DNA of 54,407 bases, counting the filler, from Catajapyx aquilonaris (taxonomy: Eukaryota), in assembly GCA_000934665.2 (NCBI GenBank). It is 3 parts of 3 records of this genome, joined end to end, with 100 filler letters (N's around TTAATTAATTAA, not from the genome) between each part and the next. Parts side by side here need not be neighbours in the genome. Positions count along the whole stretch, not along the records: positions 36,353 to 54,407 come from JYFJ02006795.1; 2 more parts are not named here. One strand, given 5' to 3'. The first letter of the stretch is position 1, and every line of letters starts with the position of its first letter. The notes under the pieces were generated by a model. The model searched no databases. It was given only the letters and a program-made list of their open reading frames with translations, and had not been told where the DNA came from. The translations under genes were made by a program, and so were the position numbers. Shown piece by piece: positions 36,700 through 47,475 of this stretch.

Positions 36700-38600
36700 A
36701 TAGCATGATATGATTCCCATGGAACTGTGGTGCTGTTTGCACATGCGCAAGACATGGGCACTTGCTGGAAAGGTGAAGATGTGCCATTACCAAAAATAGC
36801 ATGGTCAGCAGAACACTGAGCATTCATGGTGGTGATTTATTTTTAAAATAACTGAGTCCCCCATAGCTGAACAATGGCTCTTTCATCACCATTTTTGGCT
36901 CGGATATCAGGACCAAGTTGCCGACCACCAGGCATTCATAAGGTGGGTGTAGTTACAGCAAATTGGCTACAGGGCACAGCATCATGCCTGGGACAAAAAA
37001 AATTACATTAGGTTGTGTCGGGGACACAAGCCGCAGCTTTTGCGGGCTCAACCTACATTATGTTTCACTTTTCTCGACTATAATGGCGGGGGCATGCAGG
37101 CGTGGATACGTCTTTAAAATCGGATCAGGTGGCATGCAGGCAAACTCGAGCGTTACAGAAAAGCGCTGCAGCAAGGCCCTGCCAGGGGGCCCTGCCGGGG
37201 GCCCATGGCGGGGGCATGCAGGCAAACTCGAGCGTTACAGCAGGGTCCTGCCATGGGGCCCCACCAGGAGGCCCATGGCGGGGGCATGAAGGCAAACTCG
37301 AGTGTTACAGAAAAGCGTCGGTTATAGCACACTCGGTTATAATAGACTGTAACGCTTTTCTCGTTCAAGTTTGCCTGCATGCCCCGCCATGGCCCCCCTG
37401 GCAGGGCCCTGCTGTAACGCTTTTCTGTAACGCTCGAGTTTGCCTTCATGCCACCTGATCCGATTTTAAAGACGTATCCACGCCTGCATGCCCCCGCCAT
37501 TATAGTCGAGAAAAGTGAAACATAATGTAGGTTGAGCCCGCAAAAGCTGCGGCTTGTGTCCCCGACACAACCTAATGTAATTTTTTTTGTCCCAGGCATG
37601 ATGCTGTGCCCTGTAGCCAATTTGCTGTAACTACACCCACCTTATGAATGCCTGGTGGTCGGCAACTTGGTCCTGATATCCGAGCCAAAAATGGTGATGA
37701 AAGAGCCATTGTTCAGCTATGGGGGACTCAGTTATTTTAAAAATAAATCACCACCATGAATGCTCAGTGTTCTGCTGACCATGCCATGGGCCTCCTGGTG
37801 GGGGCCCATGGCAGGACCCTGCTGTAACGCTCGAGTTTGCCTGCATGCCCCCGCCATGGGCCCCCGGCGGGGCCCCCTGGCAGGGCCTTGCTGCAGCACT
37901 TTTCTGTAACGCTCGAGTTTGCCTGCATGCCACCTGATCCGATTTTAAAGACGTATCCACGTCAAATGCACTGGACGTTCAAGGACACAGCTGACCGCCA
38001 TAACGGGGTACAAGAGGTATGCAATGAACTACCTGGAAGTCCTGAACAATCGACAATTCCAAACTCCCAAGAAAGTCCGTGGCAAAGGTACTTCGGACCA
38101 CTTAGTTCCTTACGTTCAATTGTTGCATGTCCTGCATCATGTGAGGAAGAAAGTATGGATGATGTGGCACAGGAAGCGAGCCGACATTCCTAGTGCCAAT
38201 GCGTGCCTCCTAATGACTGATATGTGCTGAGAACTTTGGAGTAGTGCATTGCATCCACCTCTTGTATTTGTTGAGGCGTCCACAGTGTCCTTGGATGCCC
38301 AGTGCGTTTCTGGCCCCTGCATGATGCTGTGTTAAGGCCTGGAGCTGCTTTCCCTAACCTATGATCATCTGGTGGTTGGGGGCTTTGACCTGACATCCCA
38401 GGCCAAAATGGCAATGAAAGATCTTGTGTAAGGTTATGGGGTACTCGTTATTTCAAAAATTAATATCCCTGACATATGCATGGTGTTCTGATGACCATGA
38501 TGCAATTTTTACAAAATAATGGCACCTCTTCCCTGATCCAGCAAATATCCCATGCATGCGCAAACAGCACCTTCCTTGCAAGCATACATCTCATCTCTAG
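36700..38600 (-). mobile_element. Degenerate Tc1/mariner-superfamily element with internal rearrangement
   Basis: Diverged inverted ends (~36700-36865 / ~38435-38600); minus-strand remnants GHPRTLWTPQQIQEV, RRHALALGMSAR and PHMMQDMQQLN resemble Tc1-like HTH regions. Confidence 0.55.
36799..37961. repeat. Compound inverted duplication
   Basis: 36799-37165 = rc of 37418-37784; 37101-37279 = rc of 37783-37961; short unit GGCATGCAGGCAAACTCGAGCGTTACAG repeated in both orientations. Confidence 0.85.
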
Positions 38601-38951
38601 AATGGCAAAACTGGTTGGCTTGTTTACATGTGAGCGATTTGATCGGCGATGTCATCGCTGAGTAACCCGAGTAACCAGTATTGTTTGAGGCGAAAAGCGA
38701 TTGTTACTTTTACCTTAAACAATAATGGTTACTCGGGTTACTCAGTGATGCACCGCTCGGCGATGACAACACGCACATGTAAACACACCTTTACATGCAC
38801 CAAATTTCAAAAAAACTTGCGATGAAGGGAAAAAGTGGCCCGCTGCATATAGATTACCTGAATGAATAATATGTTTGGCAAGCATTCAAAGTCCAATACT
38901 CTCCTTTCCAATACACCTTGACCTGCACTTACGAGATGTCATTAATTTCAG

Positions 38952-39854
38952 GGAGAAGGTACTGAAGAGAACGCGAAGCATGGAATCCAGCAAGACATGA
39001 AGAAAAGGAGACACTTTTTGGGGAATGGTTGTCAGATTTGCAAGAGGACATTTAGTTCTAAGAGGAATTTGAATGTGCACATGCGAACCCACACAGGGGA
39101 GAAGCCACATTGTTGCAATGTTTGCAAGAAGAAGTTTAGTCAGTCACAACAATTGAATGTACACATGCGAACCCACACAGGGCAGAAGCCATATTGTTGC
39201 GAGGTATGCAAAAAGAAGTTTAGTCAATCAGGACATTTGAATGTGCACATACGAACCCACACAGGGGAGAAGCCATATTGTTGCGAGGTTTGCAAGAAGA
39301 AGTTTAGTCAATCAGGAGATTTGAATGGGCACATGCGAACCCACACAGGGGAAGAGCCACATTGTTGCGAGGTTTGCAAGAAGAAGTTTATTCGATCGGG
39401 ACATTTGAATAGGCACATGCGAACCCACACAGGGGAGAAGCCATATTGTTGCAAGGTATGCAAAAAGAAGTTTATTGATTCAGGAAATTTGAATCTGCAC
39501 ATGCGAATCCACACAGGGGAAAAGCCATATTGTTGCGAGGTTTGCAGAAAGAGGTTTAGTCGATCAGGAGATTTGAATAAGCACATGCGAACCCACACAG
39601 GGGAGAAGCCATATTGTTGCGAGGTTTGCAAGAAGAAGTTTAATGATTCAGGACATTTGAATAGGCACATGCGAACCCATACAGGGGAGAAGGCATATTG
39701 TTGCAAGGTTTGCAAGAAGAAGTTTAGACAATCAGGACATTTGAATTTGCACATGCGAACCCACGCAGGCAAGAAGCCATTCATTTGCCTGATTTGCAGG
39801 AAAAGATTCAGTGATGCAGGAACTTTGAAAAGGCATGTTAGAAAACACGTATAG
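38952..39854 (+). CDS. C2H2 zinc-finger protein, terminal exon with 10 tandem fingers
   Basis: Acceptor TTTCAG| at 38951; open frame GEGTEENAKHGIQQDMKK... with 10 CxxC-x12-HxxxH fingers and TGEKPY linkers; stop TAG at 39852-39854. Upstream exons not found. Confidence 0.88.
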   Translation, partial: GEGTEENAKHGIQQDMKKRRHFLGNGCQICKRTFSSKRNLNVHMRTHTGEKPHCCNVCKKKFSQSQQLNVHMRTHTGQKPYCCEVCKKKFSQSGHLNVHIRTHTGEKPYCCEVCKKKFSQSGDLNGHMRTHTGEEPHCCEVCKKKFIRSGHLNRHMRTHTGEKPYCCKVCKKKFIDSGNLNLHMRIHTGEKPYCCEVCRKRFSRSGDLNKHMRTHTGEKPYCCEVCKKKFNDSGHLNRHMRTHTGEKAYCCKVCKKKFRQSGHLNLHMRTHAGKKPFICLICRKRFSDAGTLKRHVRKHV

Positions 39855-41062
39855 GAGAAAAGTGATTTAGTTTAAGACCCTATTCCAGGGATATTCAACT
39901 GGCGGACCGCGGTCTGGATCCGGACCGCGACGCAATTTTGTCCGGACCGCGACAATATACAGGACAGTTTGAAATAGCATGATAAATTACTAATTCATGA
40001 TTTTTTGGAAAAAGTACTACCAATTTCATCAAATACACACCCATTCAAATCTCCCACATCTCACCTAAGCTCCTCACCTCACCCCCCAAAAATTTGACCT
40101 GCGGAGGGCTCGTTCCCCGCCCTTTACGGCTTGTTCACCTTTTGCTTACGAAATGGGCCCTCCTCCGAAATTCTTCGCCTACGCGCCTGTATCATAAAGG
40201 GCGAAATTGTCTTAATATGTCGTCTAGATAGGCCCTTGCTGCACGTGTTTCTATTTTCGAATATGAACCCTGTGGTACCATATAAAATCGATATATATTT
40301 TTATCCGGGGGGGGGGGGGGGGGTCCGGACCTTCAATGGCCCATGACAGGTAAATACTGCAGAAGGGCCCACAAAGCCTGGCAGGCTAATAAAACGTATT
40401 ATGACGGTAAATACTGGACCTTATCAGAAACTAGTTGAAACTAGTTTAAATTTATTTTTAAATAATCCTGGGGTAGTGCTTTCACCCCCAACTGAGGGTA
40501 TATCACACGGACCTTTATTTATTATTGTTACTAGCAGGTTACCCGGCATTGCCCGGGTATGTTGGGGTGCTGGTAAAGATAGGGGTACATATCAATCTGT
40601 GATAGATTACCTGCTTGTCTTATAGCGTATAGTCGGCATGGATATTCTGATTGGATGTGTAAAAGGAGGAATGCGGATGGAGTAGGCCCAGGAAAAGACT
40701 GCGCGGCCATGTGTTTTTTCCCCTGCATTTTTGAGCCCTTCACACCCCCCCCCCCCCCCNCCCCCCCCAACCCCACTTCACACCCCCACCTCGTTCCATG
40801 TGTTTGCTCTGAAGAACTTAAGAAATGTACGTACAGTTGTATGATGAGAAATTTTGTTTTCAGCACGGAGTAATATTTTGCAAATACTGTATTATTTAAT
40901 TGTATTTACCTTGTCTGGAAGTCTACTTTCAAATCCCACAAAATCCCGGAATTACCATAAGATACGAAGACACGTGAGGTGGCCAATTAGCGTAATTGGT
41001 GGATGCCCTGAATTTACGGCGATGGTTTAATTTGCTAGGTATTGTGGCATAAGGGCATTTCC

Positions 41063-41799
41063 TAGGGGAGACAAAGTGGCGCTGCGGAAACGTATGCTCC
41101 CAATGATGTTAAGGTCCCGGGTTCGATCCCAGCCCGGGGTTCCCTCCTTCATCCCGGGCAGTTGGGTCGTCTCTGGCTTCGTTTCGGGTGGAATCTCCTC
41201 AGACTAATCCACCCGGGGGAGTTCACAAAATAGACCGTTAAAATGTGGAGTCGCCGGTCAGAACGTCACATATCCACGGAGACAAATTTTCCGCCAGGGC
41301 GTGATTTCTGCAATAGCTACCAGGAGCCTCACATATGCTTGGACATAGTTACACAGTTCCAGTGCCAATAGAGAATGACAAGAATCAAGCCATGGGCGCT
41401 GCCATGTTGACACGCTCACTCTCCATGATTGGCCATTTGGGATATGTGTCACTATGCCCCACAACAGTAAGAGAAAGCGTGACATTTTGCTTCACCACTC
41501 ATTTTTCATGCTGAAAACCAAATGGTTTCTGTGTCGCTTTGAAACACGGGAGTTTCTGTAACTATGCATTGGAAGGTGAACCATATTTTAGTACCAAAAT
41601 CTCATTTTCGCCCGCGGATGGATATGTGACGTTTTGTCCGGCAACTCTACGTTTGAGAAATGCACTTGCACCTTGCACATCCCCTCCCAGTCACCCTGCC
41701 CGTCGGCCCGGGCGCTACGTCAAAAAGTTTCCATCAAGACGAAATAAAGGTTCCCTCCCTGCGGTACGATGCAGGGAGGTAAATAGCTAAAAAAAGATA
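41063..41799 (+). mobile_element. SINE family A inside the Helitron
   Basis: B box GGTTCGATCCC; TSD GGCATTTCC (41054-41062 / 41800-41808); A-rich tail. Confidence 0.8.
41244..41651. mobile_element. TSD-less (Spy-like) MITE
   Basis: ~32-bp TIR (T/C)GT(G/A)GAGT(C/T)GCCGG..AACGTCACATATCC, flanked by AAA | TTT. Confidence 0.65.
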
Positions 41800-42066
41800 G
41801 GCATTTCCATGGGAATGCAAATTGATTTATTGTTATTGATGTAAGCTAATTGTTGAGGCAGGAATATGCGTGTTGTGGGAGTTACGTACATTTTCGGAAG
41901 CTGAAACATGCGGCGTTAGATTCCTTGGAAAAAGTAACCCCCGATATGCTAATTTAAGGCGGTGTAGGGGCCTTCCCCTGGATTTCTATAAGGGACAAAC
42001 AAACTAACTAACTAACAATCAAACTTCCTTATTTATAGATATAGATATAGATATAGATTGTACAGT

Positions 42067-42405
42067 GGGGAGGCGGAGTGGTGCTGCGGTATCGTATGTG
42101 CCCACGGATGTTAAGGCCCCGGGTTCGATCTCAACCCGGGGACACCCCCTTCATCTGGTGCAGAGTTCAGGGTCACCTCTGGCTTCGTCTCGGGTGGTAT
42201 TTCCACAGACTAAACCACCCGGAGGAGTTCACTAAAAATGGCCACCGCGTCAGATGCACTGCACCTTGCATATCCCCTCCTGTCATCCCGCCCGTATGCC
42301 CAGGAGTTTCAAATAATTGGCTCCATGTACATAATGGTTCAATAAAGGTTCCGTGTGATATACCCCCACCGAGGGTGAAAGCACTTACCCAGGATTATAA
42401 TTATT
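42067..42405 (+). mobile_element. tRNA-derived SINE, family A
   Basis: Full-length copy; TSD ATTGTACAGT (42057-42066 / 42406-42415). Confidence 0.88.
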
Positions 42406-42914
42406 ATTGTACAGTAGTTGGGGCCTATTAATTGAAGCGCCCGGGCCCACGGACAGGATGACAGGAGGGGATGTGCAAAGTGCAGTGCGCGGACTGTTAT
42501 GGGTACATTTTGTGAACTCCCCCGGGTGGTTTAGTGTAAGGAAATACCACCCGAGACGAAGCCAGAGACGACCTAAACTCTGCACGAGATGAAGGGGGTG
42601 TCCCCGGGCTGGGATCGAATCCGGGACCTTAACATCCGTGGGTGCGTACGTTTCCGCAGCGCCACTCCGCCTCCCCCATCAGGGATGATTTGTTCCCTAG
42701 ATTTATTTTGGAATCCTTTACAAAATGCAGGTGTGGAGTCCGTCCTCACCTATTGTAGTTTGGTACACTTTTTACATGCATGTAAAGGTCACTCCACCCC
42801 ATCGATTCGGACAACACCATCAGCATATTTACTGATGTCAGATTTCACTGATAGCAATATGGAGGGGGGGAAATCCATGCTAAAAAACCTGTTAACCGGG
42901 CAACAACATTGTCA

Positions 42915-42994
42915 ATCAACAATGGTTTCTACGACAATGGGACGTAGCGATTATGTAATCACTACGTCCCATTGTCGTAGAAACCATTGTTGAT
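42915..42994. repeat. Near-perfect 39-bp-arm palindrome
   Basis: 42915-42953 vs 42956-42994, one mismatch. Confidence 0.8.
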
Positions 42995-43950
42995 ACAGGT
43001 GGTGCCGTTATAGGCTGTTAATTGATTCCAGCAACACAGTGGTGTGAAGTGAATCAATGTAAAACTGGACAAAAATATAATGTAAGTGAATGAGAGAGGT
43101 GTCAAAATTCCCAACATTGTCCCCCAAACAGTAGGCCTACACATGAGGACCTCAGTTGCAAAAGCCAACAAATTCAAAATAGTAGGTTCTGATGAGATAT
43201 TTGAGAAAAACCTGTCACGGCTGACCTAATTGCTGTACAATATAGTGTCACCAGATAATCGGAAAACACAATCTGAAAATGGTCCTAGATATCGTTAAAA
43301 TGAGCCATTCATATGTGTTTAATTTGTGTACATAGTGTATGCTTTAATGAGGATTGAGTGACCATGATGTGAGATAGAACCTGTACAATTATACAGTAGC
43401 ATTAGAGGAGGGGGAAATCTTGGGATACCATGTTCGGATTCTTTTTGTCATGTTCATTAGAATAAATGTACTGTGTGCCTTATTAAGTACATTAAATCAT
43501 TATGTAGATGGAAAGTGTTTTTGTTTTTTATTTTTTAAAAAGGTCAGTTGGAGAAAGTTGGATTGAAGGTGTCAAGGAACACCATTTGTTTTTGTTCCAC
43601 CATGCACATTTAAGGGGAGCCACAAGAGGAGATCTAACAAAACCCAGTGTCAGACAATGTGAGTCGAGAAAATCATCTGCTATACTAGCTCACTTGCGAA
43701 CACTTCACACGATTTTTTTGAACGCAATCTCTTTTTGCAATGAAAGGACAATTATAGACAAGATGGCAGGGTTTGGGAGTGGCTTACTGTGGACCCAGGA
43801 CACAATTAGGCAATCTGAAGGACGCACAGTCTTCTGCCACTCCCAGGTTATGTGGCATGGGAGTGTTCCCTAAACATTAGCCTGTTCCAATAGTTACAGG
43901 CAAAGGTGACTTCAGTTTCTATACATTATCTATGCATATTAAAAAGAAAG

Positions 43951-44112
43951 GTACTATCGGGCTCAATTATTAGTTCCGGCCACTCCATCCTGGTCTTGAA
44001 GCAACCCTTCGCACATGCCCCACGGTGAATAGGTGTGGTCAGTGTGGGTATGTAAAGAGTTGCTTCAAGACCAGGATAAAGTGGCCGGAACTAATATTGA
44101 GCCCGATATTAC
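43951..44112. mobile_element. Small palindromic MITE, same family as 3216-3363
   Basis: GTACTATCGGGCTCAAT...ATTGAGCCCGATATTAC; shared core CCTGGTCTTGAAGCAACCCTTCGCACA. Confidence 0.75.
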
Positions 44113-44627
44113 TTGATTAGGCTGGATAAACTTGGAGAGTTGGAGGTACTCGATCCTGGATGACGGTGCAGTGGCTGATATTATATCTCACAGATAATTA
44201 CTGATTATTATTTGGTGAAAATTTTTGACAATAACATAACAGTATTTTTACATGTTAATGAATGGAATAATCAACTATGTTTTGTGGAGAGTCGTGGTGG
44301 AGAGTATAATTCCGCCAGTGGCACCACCGCCTCCCTCTTTAGCGGAGGGAAGGGGAACTACTTGTCTTTCGGTCTGATGGAAGGGGACTAGGGGAGGAGG
44401 AAGACCCGTTGGTGCTTGGTTGTCCTCATCGGGTGTTGTTACTTCGAACTTCGAAGGGTTGTTTGTTCCTTCGTTTGGTCGGACTCGGCTCGTTCCACGG
44501 TACGGCTCGCTTCCAGGTGACCCAGGTTTAGGTCTGGACAAGGGCCAGCTCGTTTCTGAGGTGCGTGGTCTCCATTCGGATTGGGGGTTGGAATCACACG
44601 GGACTTGATTTGTTTCGGTTTTTTCAG

Positions 44628-44938
44628 GAAGGTGCACAACAGTTGGGGGAACGGGACAGCCATGGACATGCTGAAATTGGGGAGATACCCATGCCCTCAC
44701 TGTCCCAACAAGGTCTTCAAGAGGAGGCTTGATCTCCTCGCACACAACACCACACACTCAAGGTGGGACAGGGTCAAAGTGGAGGTCAAGGAGGAGGAGG
44801 GCGGAGGAGGTCAGGAGGGTCAAGGAGGAGCCAGGAGGGGAGGAGGAGGGCAGAGGGAGTCATCAGGCATCAGGCGCTGCTCCTCCAGCCAGGGAGGAGG
44901 AAGACGATGGAAGAGGAGATGCAGGCAGGCCTAACCAA
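44628..44938 (+). pseudogene. Frameshifted duplicate (A') of zinc-finger gene exon A
   Basis: Homologous to 49994-50401 with splice sites retained. A 23-nt deletion plus a second indel spread the homologous peptide over all three frames (length 311 nt). Confidence 0.7.
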
Positions 44939-45732
44939 GTGAGAAGAATCTAGTGTGCATGGGTTGCATGATGGGGTAAGAACTTGAGTGCCAGAATTGA
45001 TCCAATATGCCAGCAGTTTTAACTGACTTTAAAGGATCTGCTCAAGGATTGACTTTGTTAGGTGCAAGTTGTATTACATTGAAAAATTTGAAAGTCTATC
45101 GTTTATCTGCACCTAGTGACGCGATGGGGTGGGGGCAACGCGGCGGGCTCCAAACATGTTGGCTACACAGCACAAACAATCTGTTGCTGGGAGAGCACAA
45201 CAAAGGGCGTGTTCTTACCCCTGCCATGCGAACCGATCAGATGAGTGCTAGGACCATGGTCATAATGAAGGAGATGACTTTGAACACCATCGGTGTTACT
45301 GCAGTTCGTTAACCCAAGGAACGACATGATGTAACACCAGCCATGTTTTCTGAGCATGTGCAGTAGTATGTCTGCAGAGTGAGTCGTGGACATGATTGGA
45401 GGTGGCCTGGTGGAAGTGGGTGGATTGTCATGTCGTTCGTTGATTTAACAGACTGTGTGGAGGTAAACTGCATGCTTGGCAAAGCCACAATAGCTTTCGT
45501 TGGCCTGTGACGCACAATGAGGACCGCATTGTAGGCATATACAAACCCACAATAAGTGCCCAGCTACGCTTTCGCTCCGCAAAAATATCACGCACGGGCG
45601 ACGTACCATGCCTGGCAGGGGCACAACAATAGACAGTACTGTCGTGGTAACAAAAAGCCATACAGCATCACGAACAGAAAGGGCTATTCTATCCTATAAT
45701 CACTTCAAAATCTCCCGAAAGTACTTCCTAAT

Positions 45733-46406
45733 GGGGAAGTAGCCTTGGTCTGGGATTTGTGATTTTTGTTCATAACTAGCTAGCCCATGCCTGTAAACAT
45801 ACATTCCATCACTCTGTTGCATCAAAATGACATTACTGGATAAATTACGGCACATTTAAAAGTGCCTTCAAAATTGGCGGGAAAAGCAGCGCAACAGAGT
45901 GGTGCCAATCGAAAGGGTACACTGAAATGCCTGGTTGACTGTGAGATATGAGGAATTTGACTTTGAATTAACCGCGGACACGACGGAAAGCATTCGCAAG
46001 GCGGCTGTAGGCCATCGAGGTGGAGAAGGGGGGCCTTCATGTGCCGAATTCGGGTGACAGATAATTCCGACCTGGTGGCATCACTGCCATGTACAAAGCG
46101 GCTTGAGCGGCTTGGAATAAATACGCGCCCCGGCCGCTATCTTGCTCACGGAATGGGACGGTTGCTAACAACAGCGAAGCATTTTACAACAATGACGGGG
46201 CGCGTTCTATAACACCATTTTTGCGTTCATTTCACTTCGCGTGACGTCAACATTTTCTAGGGAAACAGTGACGTCACCATTTCCCTACATAAAAACCCCA
46301 ATTATTCCGGAACTGAAACTGATATCTTAAAACGGAATATGCCAAAAAAATCCAAAAAATATGGGCGAATTTATTATGTAGTTTCCAAAATGAAGGCTAC
46401 TTCCCC
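45733..46406. mobile_element. 674-bp non-autonomous DNA transposon, copy 2
   Basis: Near-identical to 13670-14343; same TIR and AAT | ATT flanks. Confidence 0.85.
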
Positions 46407-46738
46407 ATTGATTCAGCGAATGCGCCGTATACTTGACATAAGCCCTTCATGCCTCCTTGGCACATCGAGAAAAATTTCCTGGTGTTCATGTCAGTAGTTG
46501 GTCATGAACACACTCCATCACGACCTGGCGAGCTAATCGAACACACTGCATCAAGACGTGCGACCCACCAAGAAATGCTACTGTGGTTTGCCAAGACAGC
46601 AACCACGATAGCAACGGTGAAGGCATTCGAATTTGGCAGCAGTATCAAGGCACCCGATTGTTTGCGACGCACCATTGCCAACCGTCGGGAGGCCCCCGCC
46701 TGCCCAACCCCGACCACGTTGTTAAGGTGTGGATAAAT

Positions 46739-46959
46739 CAGTGGCGTAGGCAGAAATGTTAAGAAAAATCAATAAATGCATTACATTATGTAACAGTAAA
46801 GAAAATTTTCGCAGTTTATGAAATCCTCCCCCTCCCCTCTCCGACTCGAATAAACTGTTATGATACGTCAAAAAAGTCTTACAATAGGTTACAATATTAT
46901 GAAACTGACCGATCGGCCATGGGCCCCCCCCCCGAAAAAATTTCCTGCCTACGCCACTG
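46739..46959. mobile_element. hAT-like MITE
   Basis: CAGTGGCGTAGGCAG...CTGCCTACGCCACTG with flanking direct repeat GATAAAT. Confidence 0.75.
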
Positions 46960-47290
46960 GATAAATTGTAGCCTATCCGATAAATAAAGCTCTGTTGTTG
47001 TTTTTAAAGACCTCCAAAATGCAAAGGTATTTTGAGTGCTACATTAAGTGCCACAAACGACAATATTTTCATTAAAGGATGGCATGAGCAGCAGGGTGTA
47101 AATGAAATAAGTGCACATTTTTAGAGGAATGATAAAGATTGATCAGAAAGGAACATTTTTTGTTAATGCACTTTTTAAATTATTTTCTAATTATTTTTTA
47201 TTCATACCCCGTTATCAGCCATCCGCTCTTTAGGGGGAAGTTTGTTTTGCCTGGAACTCTTTGCTTTTCATTTTTACTGTGCTCTTTGGG

Positions 47291-47475
47291 ATAGGATAGG
47301 GCCAGAAGGAAGCGGCTGTGGCCTATTAATTACGGAAGCAACTCCGGCATTTTCCTGGAAGGACCGTGGGAAGCCACAGAAAACCACGGTCAGAGTTGCC
47401 AGCCCTTGGATTTGATCCCAGGACCTCCCGATTAGCAGTCGGACACCATATCCCCTCCTCCAAATTGCTTCAGTT
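47291..47475 (-). mobile_element. tRNA-derived SINE, family C (diverged)
   Basis: Reverse complement is homologous to 15110-15290. Confidence 0.75.

Larger units (their letters stand above)
40531..42057 (-). mobile_element. Non-autonomous Helitron
   Basis: Minus strand starts A|TCTATATCTATA followed by a GTTA/GTTT microsatellite, and ends with hairpin TACCCGGGCAATGCCGGGTA then CCTGCTAG|T. Inserted at an A|T site with no TSD. Confidence 0.85.
40461..42677 (-). mobile_element. SINE family A split by a Helitron and another SINE
   Basis: Head and body at 42416-42677, tail at 40461-40530. Removing the inserts gives ...CTACTGTACAA|TAACAATAATAAATAAAGG..., as in sibling copies. Confidence 0.75.

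Noticed and set aside
37131..37935. CRISPR-like repeat/spacer array
   Set aside because: Repeats occur in both orientations with related GC-rich spacers inside a eukaryotic TE; no cas genes.
39308..39784. 158-aa minus-strand repetitive ORF (also 54081-54395)
   Set aside because: Antisense shadow of the zinc-finger array.
38952..39854. PRDM9 ortholog
   Set aside because: The array pattern is similar, but no PR/SET, KRAB or SSXRD coding sequence is visible in the window.
44275..44757. 160-aa Pro-rich minus-strand ORF
   Set aside because: GC-rich sequence overlapping exon A' in antisense; no recognisable domain.
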